Part shown: piece by piece, positions 1 through 8,681 of the stretch
How positions within the stretch are numbered: the first letter of the stretch is position 1
How the letters are laid out: each line of letters starts with the position of its first letter
Assembly: GCF_000010065.1 (NCBI RefSeq)
Contig: NC_006576.1
Location: 1,440,001-1,472,000, forward strand
Direction: 5' to 3'
From: Synechococcus elongatus PCC 6301
GTDB taxonomy: Bacteria > Cyanobacteriota > Cyanobacteriia > Synechococcales > Synechococcaceae
DNA length: 32,000 nucleotides
Position numbers and translations under genes: made by a program
Notes under the pieces: model-generated
The model's input: only the letters and a program-made list of their open reading frames with translations
Told to the model about the DNA's origin: nothing
Database searches by the model: none

Positions 1-1
1 G

Positions 2-727
2 ATGGCCTCCACAGATCAGCATTATGAACAACTGCTCGCGCCGATTTACGAATGGATGGCTGGTGGCGCTGAGGCAGCACTCACTGCTGGTGCTGCTGAC
101 TTAGAGGGACTTTTGCACTCGCCGGGGCTCTGTTTGGATTTGGGTGCGGGCTTTGGCATGCATGCGATTCCACTCGCACAAGCAGGCTTTGAGGTGATCG
201 CGATCGATTCTTCGGCGCAGCTCTTGGCGCGGTTACAGGAGTTAGCGGGTTCTCTGCCGATTCAGTCGGTTTGTGCTGATTTGCTGGACTTTCCTGAGCA
301 TCTGCCGGCAGGCCGCAAGCCAAGCCTGATCGTCTGCATGGGCGACACCTTAACTCACCTCGATAGTCTTGAGGCAGTCGATCGCTTAGCGAGTCTGGCC
401 GCTGAACATCTCGCACCGGGTGGGCGTTTTCTGGCGACATTCCGCGATTATTCGCAGCCACTTCAGGGCGATCGCCGCTTTATTCCGGTGCGATCGGATC
501 AGTCTCGAATCCTCACCTGCTTTCTGGAAGAACAAGGCGATCGCATCTGTGTGCATGACATCCTCCATGAACGGCAGGGCGATCAATGGACGATGCAAGT
601 CAATCACTATCTGCAGCTGCGGCTAGCACCCGAAACAGTTCGCCAGATTTTTGTAGATAAGGGCTTCATGACGCAGATAGAGGCAGCACCGAGAGGTATG
701 CTGCGCCTAATTAGCGATCGCCATTGA
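2..727 (+). CDS. class I SAM-dependent methyltransferase; start may lie upstream of the window
   Basis: 241-aa ORF with methyltransferase motif I 'LCLDLGAGFGMHAIPLA', then 'VIAIDSSAQLL' and 'PSLIVCMGDTLTHL'. Confidence 0.85.
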   Translation: MASTDQHYEQLLAPIYEWMAGGAEAALTAGAADLEGLLHSPGLCLDLGAGFGMHAIPLAQAGFEVIAIDSSAQLLARLQELAGSLPIQSVCADLLDFPEHLPAGRKPSLIVCMGDTLTHLDSLEAVDRLASLAAEHLAPGGRFLATFRDYSQPLQGDRRFIPVRSDQSRILTCFLEEQGDRICVHDILHERQGDQWTMQVNHYLQLRLAPETVRQIFVDKGFMTQIEAAPRGMLRLISDRH

Positions 728-984
728 AGTGATGACAGTATAATCGTATATTTATTAAATTAAGTAAGGAGTTTTCAGCGCTTCATTTACATGGATTTCA
801 CTACACCCTCCAAGAAATTGGAAGACATCTTCTGAAAGATTGCACCCAATCAATATCTCTTGCCTAAATGTTAACAAATAGTTTGGTGGTCTAATGACCT
901 TCATCAGCAACAGCTAACTTAATGTAAGAATTTTGTAATCACGCAATACATTAAGATAATTCTGAGACAAGCTTCATCACAGCA

Positions 985-1012
985 TTTTGCCCTTATACTG
1001 GAGAAGTATAAT
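985..1012 (+). promoter_or_regulatory. candidate promoter/operator of the ATPase-DUF4435 operon: TATAAT at 1007-1012 overlapping perfect 7-bp inverted repeat TTATACT-GGAGA-AGTATAA (993-1011)
   Basis: Consensus -10 hexamer and perfect palindrome about 80 bp upstream of the ORF at 1091; the -35 match is weak. Confidence 0.35.
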
Positions 1013-1090
1013 ATGTAGATTCTTGATTTACGGCAATAGACTGCCAACTCATGATCAAGAAGTTAAACTAAGGCTTTAGGAGTCGAGAAA

Positions 1091-2464
1091 ATGAAAATTA
1101 AGCGAATTTCTGTATATGGTTTATTTGGAGTTTTTGATCACACAATTTCCTTAAACACTAATCAAAGAATTACTATTATTCATGGTCCTAATGGCTTTGG
1201 AAAAACAGCAGTATTAAGACTATTAAACAGCTTTTTTAATTCTCGATATTCCGAGTTAAGATCAATTTCATTTAATAAATTCAAGGTAGAGTTAAATGAT
1301 GATACAGTTATTGAAGTTGCAAGAGAAATAAAAGACTTTCACGAGTCAGGAAGAGTTGATATAACTTTTTATTTATACAAACCTAACATCGAGAGAAAAT
1401 CCTTCTCTTTAGGTCAGGTTAAATATTCTCCCGATATAGGTTTTCCTATTGGTATCCTAGATGAAGTAGTGCCAGGTCTGGAAAGAATAGATACCAGAAA
1501 GTGGATGTATCTTCCCACCGATGAGGTTTTATCTTTAGAAGAAGTTGTTGAGCGTTTTGGAGACTCATTACCTGACTCTTTATCTGCAAATTTAAGGGGA
1601 TCTTATTCAAAAGAAGAACCTGTGTGGTTGAAGGACATAAAAAATGCTATTCACATTCGCCTCATTGAATCGCAGCGACTACTTAATCTCGTTCCTAGTC
1701 GTTCTTCCAGAACATATCGTGGAACACCTTTAATGCTATCTACTGTCTCCGCTTATTCGGATGAACTTGCAAAGCTCATGCAAGATAAATTCAAGGAATA
1801 TGGCACAACATCGCAATCTCTTGACAGAACATTTCCATTGAGAGTGGTAAAGCAACAGCCATCTTCGGACGTATCAGATGAGCAGCTTCGCAACCAGTTG
1901 GATGAGCTTGAGTCAACTCGTTCTCGTCTCATAGAGGTAGGACTACTAGATAAAGAAGAAGATTCAGAATTTCAAATTCAACCTCAAGATATTGATGAGA
2001 GCACCAAAAATGCGTTATCAGTTTATGTCGAAGATGTAGAAAAGAAATTGAATGTATTTTCTGAAATCGCAAGAAAGATCGATCTTTTGAGAAGAATTAT
2101 TAACAATAAATTTGCTTATTCCTATAAGGAAATAAATTTTAGCAAGGAAAAAGGATTTGTTTTTTCAACACGCTATAAATCCTTTACTGATTCAAATAAA
2201 CTGTCACCGACAGATTTATCATCTGGCGAACAGCATGAATTAGTTCTTTTGTACGAGTTATTGTTTAAGGTCAAACCTAACTCACTGGTTCTCATCGATG
2301 AACCTGAACTTTCTCTACATGTAGGCTGGCAAATTCAATTCCTAAAGGATTTACAAGAGATCATAGAGCTCGCAGACCTAGATATCCTAATGGCTACTCA
2401 CTCACCAGATCTTATTCAAGATAGATGGGATTTGACAGTTGAGCTGAAAGGGCCAGAAAAGTGA
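1091..2464 (+). CDS. AAA/ABC-type ATPase, AriA-like (PARIS-type defence ATPase candidate)
   Basis: Walker A 'IIHGPNGFGKTAVLRLLNSFF'; signature 'LSSGEQHELVLLYELL'; Walker B 'NSLVLIDEPELSLHVGWQIQFL'; His switch 'DILMATHSPDLI'; overlaps the downstream gene by 4 bp (GTGA). Confidence 0.85.
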   Translation: MKIKRISVYGLFGVFDHTISLNTNQRITIIHGPNGFGKTAVLRLLNSFFNSRYSELRSISFNKFKVELNDDTVIEVAREIKDFHESGRVDITFYLYKPNIERKSFSLGQVKYSPDIGFPIGILDEVVPGLERIDTRKWMYLPTDEVLSLEEVVERFGDSLPDSLSANLRGSYSKEEPVWLKDIKNAIHIRLIESQRLLNLVPSRSSRTYRGTPLMLSTVSAYSDELAKLMQDKFKEYGTTSQSLDRTFPLRVVKQQPSSDVSDEQLRNQLDELESTRSRLIEVGLLDKEEDSEFQIQPQDIDESTKNALSVYVEDVEKKLNVFSEIARKIDLLRRIINNKFAYSYKEINFSKEKGFVFSTRYKSFTDSNKLSPTDLSSGEQHELVLLYELLFKVKPNSLVLIDEPELSLHVGWQIQFLKDLQEIIELADLDILMATHSPDLIQDRWDLTVELKGPEK

Positions 2465-3333
2465 AAGATTTACTTTCAAACGACCGTCATGCAAACCAGA
2501 TTCGGTTGCGAAGAAGCACATTTCAAGGAACATTTTTACTTGTAGAGGGGTCCTCAGATAAAATTTTTTATGAAAATTTAATTGATCAATTAGAGTGTGA
2601 AGTAGTAAATATTTCAGGCAAGCCATCTAGTAAATTACTAGTTATTTCTGTGCTAAAAATATTGGAGAAAAGACCAAGATTCAATGGGATTCTAGCAATT
2701 GTTGATGCAGATTTTGATCGACTTGCAAATCTGCAACCTCACAGTTCTAATCTCCTCTACACGGATACTCATGATCTTGAATCCATGATCATCAATTCCC
2801 CAGCTTTTTACAAGGTAATTGCCGAGTATGGATCTAAAAATAAAATTCATCAATTTAATCGAGATATAAGGGTAGCAATACTTGAAAGTGGTACTTCAAT
2901 TGGCTATTTGCTTTGGATTTCTCAATGTAATGAGTTGAATCTAACTTTTAAAGGCATTAGGTTTAGTAGGTTTATTGACGAAAACAGTTTGCAAATAGAT
3001 GAAATCGAACTAATTCGTGAGATTAAGAATAAATCACAGGCCTTCTCATTAGACGATGAGGATCTGCGACTTCAACTGAATGATAAAAAAGATAATGGTT
3101 ATGATCCCTGGCAGGTTTGCTGTGGTCATCATTTAGTCGAAATTCTGTCACTTGGCTTACGAAGAACTCTTGGTTCTAATCAGGCGTCTGATATTGAGCC
3201 TGATAAGCTTGAGCGTTATCTAAGACTTGCCTACGAGGAAAAGTATTTCCTTAATACAGATTTATACGCAAGTATTCGCAACTGGGAAGACAACAACATG
3301 CCATTTAAAGTGCTAAAAAATGATAGATCTTAA
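2461..3333 (+). CDS. DUF4435/TOPRIM-like protein, AriB-like effector candidate
   Basis: N-terminal 'TFLLVEGSSDKIFYENLI' (TOPRIM-like Glu) followed by 'GILAIVDADFDRL' (acidic DxD-type motif) and 'LLYTDTHDLESMII'; GTG start overlaps the stop codon of the upstream ATPase. Confidence 0.75.
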   Translation: MKDLLSNDRHANQIRLRRSTFQGTFLLVEGSSDKIFYENLIDQLECEVVNISGKPSSKLLVISVLKILEKRPRFNGILAIVDADFDRLANLQPHSSNLLYTDTHDLESMIINSPAFYKVIAEYGSKNKIHQFNRDIRVAILESGTSIGYLLWISQCNELNLTFKGIRFSRFIDENSLQIDEIELIREIKNKSQAFSLDDEDLRLQLNDKKDNGYDPWQVCCGHHLVEILSLGLRRTLGSNQASDIEPDKLERYLRLAYEEKYFLNTDLYASIRNWEDNNMPFKVLKNDRS

Positions 3334-3379
3334 TCAATGGTAACTTTGCGGTTAATACTAATTAATTTGAAATATTTAT

Positions 3380-3421
3380 AAATACCTAAGTGGCTGACAA
3401 TTAGCGGATAAAGGTATTTTT
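3380..3421 (+). terminator. weak candidate rho-independent terminator
   Basis: AAATACCT (3380-3387) / AGGTATTT (3412-3419) inverted repeat running into TTTTT, about 50 bp after the DUF4435 stop; AT-rich stem and 24-nt loop. Confidence 0.3.
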
Positions 3422-3787
3422 ATCTCAACAATTCTATTATTTTAACTGAATAGTTAGAGTGTCGCAAGACAATCGTCTATAAAAATTATCTAGCCTGCTA
3501 AAAAACTAAGCTCTGAAGGCACTTTGTATACAAAATGCCGATTGCACTGATCTGACGACTTGTAACTTTTGCCAGATATTAGTGCCATGATTAACTATTA
3601 GATGTTGAATATGATTAATGGCAGCTAGGGTTGCTTCTCAAAATTCTAGGATTAAAGCAAATAACTGTCCTGAGGCCTAGAAAGCGGTCAGTTTTTAGTC
3701 TACCAGTCGTAAAGATGTTTATAGTTGTAGGGCTCTTTTTAGAGAAGAGAAACTGTTTTTTATAAAGCATTAGTGATGGTAACTGAA

Positions 3788-4141
3788 TTAAAGCAATTTT
3801 GAGCCCAGCAGAACGGACTTGTCAAGGATGCAGAGCGCTACTTCTCTGTTCTCGCTCTGGAATCCCGTGACAAGGCAATCAGACATAAGCAGACCGATTT
3901 GCTTACATGGAAAGTTGACCACTGCTACGACAAGCCCACCGATCAGTTCTTCCGGCTTGTAGAGTGCGGTGATCTGCGCACTTGATTTCTTGACACCAAT
4001 CTCTTCACCGAAGTCGATATGCAGGATGTAGGCTGGCCTCCGCGCACCCACAAACTCAGTTGCATCAACAATCTTGCCGACACGAAGCTCAACCTTCAGA
4101 AACTTGTCGAAGGTAATAGTTTCTATGGGATGCACCTCCAA
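3788..4141 (-). CDS. csaA: tRNA-binding (OB-fold) domain protein, CsaA-like
   Basis: 117 aa with 'LKVELRVGKIVDATEF...ADY-like...YILHIDFGEEIGVKKSSAQIT..Y.PEELIG..VVAVVNFPCKQIGLLMSDCLVTGF' typical of the CsaA/tRNA_bind family (Y/P positions as in the ORF translation). Confidence 0.75.
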   Translation of the reverse strand: MEVHPIETITFDKFLKVELRVGKIVDATEFVGARRPAYILHIDFGEEIGVKKSSAQITALYKPEELIGGLVVAVVNFPCKQIGLLMSDCLVTGFQSENREVALCILDKSVLLGSKLL

Positions 4142-4411
4142 TACGCCTAAAAACCCCGTTTAACCACCGCTAACACCCTCAAGGAAATAGCAGACTCTTA
4201 GCGTTTCACTTGAGAAGTCAGAAATAGATAACACATTACATCTACGCAGCTACTACTTAACTGTGCAGTGTTAGCAGCAAGAGTACGGAGACAAACCGTT
4301 ATCAGCCGGATTGTCATTGACATTACACCCATCAGCTGTGACAACCCAGAACCGTCTAGGATCAGGGACACTGCTAAGCTGCCGCGATCGCGGCAAACCG
4401 TGGGGTTGAGC

Positions 4412-5389
4412 GTGATTGAAGCTGAACAACTGTGCAAGGTCTATCCCGTTGCGCTCAAAGATCCGGGCTTGATGGGCAGCGTCCGCCATTTCTTCAAGCG
4501 GCGTTTCCGCGACATCGAAGCCGTCAAAGGCGTTAGCTTTCGGATCGAACCCGGCGAAGTCGTCGGCTTCTTGGGGCCAAATGGCGCAGGCAAAACCACC
4601 ACGCTGAAAATGCTGACCGGCTTGATTCGGCCTTCTAGCGGTTCTTGTCGGGTCGCAGGAGCTGTCCCGTTTCGGCGAGAGCCTGCCTTCCTCAACCAAA
4701 TCAGTTTGGTGATGGGGCAAAAGCAGCAACTGATCTGGGATTTGCCAGCCCTAGACTCGCTGCGGATCAATGGCGCAGTCTACGGGATCAGCGATCGCGA
4801 TTTGGATCGCCGCATTGGCGAGCTGGCTGAAATGCTGTCGCTGCAGCAGCAACTGCGGCAACCCGTGCGTAAGCTCTCGCTCGGCGAACGGATGAAAGCC
4901 GAACTCTTGGCGGCATTGCTGCATGGCCCCAAAGTTCTCTTTCTGGATGAGCCAACGCTGGGGCTGGATGTCAACGCGCAGACAGCGGTACGGGAATTTC
5001 TGGCGACCTACAACGAACGCTATCGCGCCACGATTCTGCTGACCTCGCACTACATGGCTGACATCACGCGCCTCTGCGATCGCGTCATCGTCATTCACTA
5101 CGGCAGCCTGATCTACGACGGCGAACTGGATGGATTGCTCGATCGCTTTGCACCCTACCGCCAAATCCAACTGGATTTAGAAAGTCCGCGATCGCCCGAG
5201 GATCTGAGTCGCTATGGCGAAGTCGAAAGTTGCGATGGGCTTTCCGTTCGGTTGCTCGTGAAGCGATCGCAACTGACTGAAACCGTGACGCGGCTATTGG
5301 CCGATCTGCCCGTCAATGATTTGCGCGTCGAAGATCCGCCGGTAGAAGAAGTGATCGGTCGCGTCTTTAGTGCAGGAGCCGTGGCATGA
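4412..5389 (+). CDS. ABC transporter ATP-binding protein (ABC-2 type exporter); GTG start proposed inside ORF 4268..5389
   Basis: Walker A 'GFLGPNGAGKTTTLKMLTGL', signature 'RKLSLGERMKAELLAALL', Walker B 'KVLFLDEPTLGLD', 'LTSHYMADI'; sequence before residue 49 of the long ORF lacks ABC similarity. Confidence 0.9.
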   Translation: MIEAEQLCKVYPVALKDPGLMGSVRHFFKRRFRDIEAVKGVSFRIEPGEVVGFLGPNGAGKTTTLKMLTGLIRPSSGSCRVAGAVPFRREPAFLNQISLVMGQKQQLIWDLPALDSLRINGAVYGISDRDLDRRIGELAEMLSLQQQLRQPVRKLSLGERMKAELLAALLHGPKVLFLDEPTLGLDVNAQTAVREFLATYNERYRATILLTSHYMADITRLCDRVIVIHYGSLIYDGELDGLLDRFAPYRQIQLDLESPRSPEDLSRYGEVESCDGLSVRLLVKRSQLTETVTRLLADLPVNDLRVEDPPVEEVIGRVFSAGAVA

Positions 5390-6174
5390 ACCGAGGCTGG
5401 CGCGTCCCCGCAACGCTGTTCAAAACCTACTACGACTACATGGTCGAGTATCGCGCCGAGCTGATTCTCTGGGTGCTCTCCGGCTCCCTACCGCTGATCA
5501 TGATGGGCGTCTGGGATGAGGCGGTACGCAGCGGCGACTTTGGCCTCTCCACCCAAGCCGTTGTTCAGTACTTTTTGGCCGTTTTTCTCACCCGCCAACT
5601 TACCGTCGTCTGGGTGATTTGGGAATTTGAGAAAGAAGTCGTCAAAGGCCAGCTCTCCTTCCGACTCTTGCAACCCCTCGATCCGGGCTGGCACCACTTT
5701 TACTCGCATTTGGCCGAGCGCTCAGCTCGGTTGCCGTTTATCGTGCTGCTGTTAGGACTGGCAATTTGGCTCTATCCCGCTGCTTGGGTGATGCCGTCGC
5801 TCTGGCGGTTGTTGCTCTTTCTAGTGGCGATCGCAGCTGCGTTTTGCCTGCGCTTTTTAATCCAGTACACCTTTGCCATGCTCAGCTTTTGGATTGAGCG
5901 AGCCAGCGCTCTTGAGCAGTTTTGGTTTCTGGCTTACCTCTTTCTGTCGGGGATGGTCGCGCCACTCTCCGTTTTTCCAGAGTCGATGCAGGCGATCCTG
6001 CTTTGGACACCTTTTCCCTACCTGATCTATTTCCCCGTGGCGATCCTGCTGGATTTGCCCGTGGCGATCGCCCCTGGATTCGCCATCCTAGCCAGTTGGA
6101 TGGGGCTCTTTTGGGTTCTCAATCGCTGGCTCTGGCGTCGCGGCCTCCGCCACTACTCCGCCATGGGTGCTTAG
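5386..6174 (+). CDS. ABC-2 family transporter permease
   Basis: 262-aa hydrophobic multi-TM protein overlapping the upstream ATPase by 4 bp (ATGA). Confidence 0.8.
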   Translation: MNRGWRVPATLFKTYYDYMVEYRAELILWVLSGSLPLIMMGVWDEAVRSGDFGLSTQAVVQYFLAVFLTRQLTVVWVIWEFEKEVVKGQLSFRLLQPLDPGWHHFYSHLAERSARLPFIVLLLGLAIWLYPAAWVMPSLWRLLLFLVAIAAAFCLRFLIQYTFAMLSFWIERASALEQFWFLAYLFLSGMVAPLSVFPESMQAILLWTPFPYLIYFPVAILLDLPVAIAPGFAILASWMGLFWVLNRWLWRRGLRHYSAMGA

Positions 6175-6572
6175 CGCTCTTCTTCCAAAATCGCCAAGAA
6201 ATCCCTTAGGACTGCTCGGTTTTCGGGGCTGGGGTCGAGTTGATGCTGTATTTGGAGAATATCGCGTCGATTTTGGCATTTTGCTGCTTCAATCGCTCGG
6301 TTTCGCTCTTCAACTGCTCGGTCTCTAGCTTCCTCTGCGAGAGCATCTCGTCGAGCTTCGCGTTCTGCTGCCTTAATTGCTCGGTCTCTTGCTTCAGCCT
6401 CTTGATTTCTTCTTCGGTTTCCACCGTGCCACTCAATGCCGATAGCCACCAGTAGCAGGACTGTCGCAGCGACGAAAACCACGAGGCTCCAGTCGAGGAC
6501 GGTGTATTCGAATCCGTATTGTTCAAAGGGGATGGTTTCAGCATCGCCATAAAACCTCAACAGTGCCGCCAA
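6171..6572 (-). CDS. small TM protein with C-terminal charged/coiled-coil region, hypothetical; reading frame of C-terminal half uncertain
   Basis: 'YTVLDWSLVVFVAATVLLLVAIGIEW' single TM, then charged helix; a competing frame 6206..6550 encodes a strong heptad coiled coil. Confidence 0.5.
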   Translation of the reverse strand: MAALLRFYGDAETIPFEQYGFEYTVLDWSLVVFVAATVLLLVAIGIEWHGGNRRRNQEAEARDRAIKAAEREARRDALAEEARDRAVEERNRAIEAAKCQNRRDILQIQHQLDPSPENRAVLRDFLAILEEER

Positions 6573-6684
6573 CGCCTAGAAAAAGGTCACTAGCGATCGC
6601 GGCAGAATCGCTAAAAAACTCAGCATGGCCCCAGTTTAACGATCCCTTTTACCTGTGACTGATCTGAACCAACTGCCCTTGCGG

Positions 6685-6897
6685 CTAGGGACGACGCACA
6701 AAAAGTTGAAGCAGCGCGCCTGCCATTAGCCCTACTCCCACACCTCCAGCGATCGCCAGTCCTAACGGGATCCGCACACTTTCCAACACCAGCAAGCGCA
6801 CACTGACCAAGCTGGGATTTTGTGCTGTCAAAGCCGCGATCGCCCCCAACCAGAGGGTGCAGATCAGGCAGATCAGAAATGTGACGAGTCCTTTCAT
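6685..6897 (-). CDS. LapA-like (DUF1049-type) small membrane protein
   Basis: 70 aa, two TM segments, 'LTAQNPSLVSVRLLVLESVRIPLGLAIAGGVGVG' pattern; start overlaps the rsmI stop. Confidence 0.6.
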   Translation of the reverse strand: MKGLVTFLICLICTLWLGAIAALTAQNPSLVSVRLLVLESVRIPLGLAIAGGVGVGLMAGALLQLFVRRP

Positions 6898-7772
6898 GGC
6901 TCTGGAGAGGCAGCGCCTTCATCTTCCGGCAGTGGCACTTCGAGGGCAAGTTGATAGAGCCGCCGCTTAGGAGTACCGGTTTGAGCCGCGAGCGTCCGAC
7001 TGGCTTCAGAGCGGGAGACGCCCGCCGCCAACAGTGTTGCTAACTCTTGCCGGAGTGTGTCTTCGCTGAGCGCTTGGGTTTGCACCACTGCACCAGCCAC
7101 GACCAACGTAAATTCTCCTTGGGGTTCCCGCCGCGTAAATTCCGCGATCGCTTCGGTCACACTGCCGCGCCAAAACTCCTCGTGTAGCTTGGTGAGTTCG
7201 CGGGCTAAGACGATCGCGCGATCGCCCCCAAAAACCGCTGCGAGGTCTTCCAGTGTGTCGCGTAGGCGATGGGGCGACTCATAGAAGATCAGCGTTCGGG
7301 CTTCCTGATGGAGCGATTGCAAAACATCGCGTCGTGCCTTGCGTTTAGCCGGCAAAAAGCCTTCAAAGGCAAAGCGATCACTCGACAGTCCCGAAGCACA
7401 GAGGGCTGCGATCACCGCACTGGGGCCAGCGATCGGCACCACCGTTAAGCCTGCGGCGATCGCGGCTTGCACCAATTCCTGCCCCGGATCGGCGATCGCG
7501 GGCATGCCGGCATCACTGACCAAGGCGATGCTCTGACCCGCTTGCAGACGGGCAATCAGCTCTGGTCCGCGCTGCTGACGATTGTGCTCGTGGTAGCTCA
7601 CCTGGGGGCGATCGATACCCAAAGCTTGTAACAATCGCCCCGTACGCCGCGTATCTTCAGCTGCGATCGCATCTACCCCGCGCAAAATTTTGACGGCGCG
7701 ATAGCTGATGTCCTCGAGGTTGCCGAGCGGCGTGCCGACGAGGTAGAGCGTACTAGGACAAGGCTCGGTCAC
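6894..7772 (-). CDS. rsmI: 16S rRNA (cytidine(1402)-2'-O)-methyltransferase; GTG start proposed (ORF track extends to 7841)
   Basis: 'LYLVGTPLGNLEDISYRAVKILRGVDAIAAEDTRRTGRLL', 'VSDAGMPAIADPGQELV', 'FEGFLPAKRKARRDVL', 'IFYESPHRL'. Confidence 0.93.
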   Translation of the reverse strand: MTEPCPSTLYLVGTPLGNLEDISYRAVKILRGVDAIAAEDTRRTGRLLQALGIDRPQVSYHEHNRQQRGPELIARLQAGQSIALVSDAGMPAIADPGQELVQAAIAAGLTVVPIAGPSAVIAALCASGLSSDRFAFEGFLPAKRKARRDVLQSLHQEARTLIFYESPHRLRDTLEDLAAVFGGDRAIVLARELTKLHEEFWRGSVTEAIAEFTRREPQGEFTLVVAGAVVQTQALSEDTLRQELATLLAAGVSRSEASRTLAAQTGTPKRRLYQLALEVPLPEDEGAASPEP

Positions 7773-7811
7773 AGTGCAGGGGTAGAATCTCCATGCCGAG
7801 TCTAGAGTGCT

Positions 7812-8681
7812 ATGTCCCCTCTCCAGTCGATCGCCGGTCAACCCGTCGAGTCAGTTCTCGCGATCGCCCGTCAAGTCGGCTGGGAAGCGGCAGACATTGC
7901 ACTGCAGTTCTACACCGCTCAGTCTGAAGCAGCACCGAAGCTGTGGCAGGAGGGGGATGACCCCGTCACGGCAGCGGATTTGGCAATTCATCGCCACGTT
8001 CTGGAACGGCTACAAACCGCTTTTGCCGATCAGCCCTTCGGCTACCTCAGCGAAGAGAGCGATCGCACCGCGCTGACTTTGCCACTGCCGGAAGAGTGGG
8101 TTTGGATCATCGACCCCTTGGATGGCACCCGCGATTTCATCGATCACACCGGCGAATTTGCGGTGCAGATTGCCCTGACCTACCAACAGCGCCCGGTCTT
8201 GGCGGTCGTCGCAATACCCGCTCAGCAGTTGCTTTATTGGGCGGTACAAGGCCAGGGCTGCTACCGCGAAACGCAAGACGGCACTCAGACGAAATTGACG
8301 GTTTCCGATCGCCAAGAGGATCTGATTCTGGTTGCCAGCCGAACCCATCGGGGCGATCGCTTCCAGCAATTGCTCGATCGCCTTTCTTTGCCGCAGCAGA
8401 TTTATGTGGGCAGTGTCGGCGTCAAAATTGTCGCGATCGCAGAACAACGCGCCGATGTTTACCTCTCTCTCTCGGGTAAATCAGCCCCGAAAGATTGGGA
8501 CATGGCCGCCCCCGAGCTACTCCTGCTCGAAGCCGGTGGGCGCTTCAGCCATGCCGATGGTTCTGCTCTTCGCTACAACACCGGCGATATCAGCCAGTGG
8601 GGTTGCTTGATTGCCAGCAACGGTCCCGCCCACGATCGCCTCTGTCAAGAAGCCACCGCACTCCTTGCCAGCTTGGACTAG
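7812..8681 (+). CDS. cysQ: 3'(2'),5'-bisphosphate nucleotidase / inositol monophosphatase family
   Basis: 'DPVTAADLAIHRHVL', 'YLSEESD', 'WVWIIDPLDGTRDFI', 'PKDWDMAAPELLLLEAGG'. Confidence 0.85.
   Translation: MSPLQSIAGQPVESVLAIARQVGWEAADIALQFYTAQSEAAPKLWQEGDDPVTAADLAIHRHVLERLQTAFADQPFGYLSEESDRTALTLPLPEEWVWIIDPLDGTRDFIDHTGEFAVQIALTYQQRPVLAVVAIPAQQLLYWAVQGQGCYRETQDGTQTKLTVSDRQEDLILVASRTHRGDRFQQLLDRLSLPQQIYVGSVGVKIVAIAEQRADVYLSLSGKSAPKDWDMAAPELLLLEAGGRFSHADGSALRYNTGDISQWGCLIASNGPAHDRLCQEATALLASLD

Noticed and set aside
2402-2626. 74-aa minus-strand ORF across the ATPase-DUF4435 junction
   Set aside because: Antisense to the ATPase His-switch motif and TOPRIM-like motif; no features. An antitoxin role was considered but nothing supports it.
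4271-4770. ORFs 4271..4729 and 4441..4770 on the minus strand over the ABC ATPase start
   Set aside because: They overlap conserved Walker A region of the plus-strand ABC gene and have no supporting motif.
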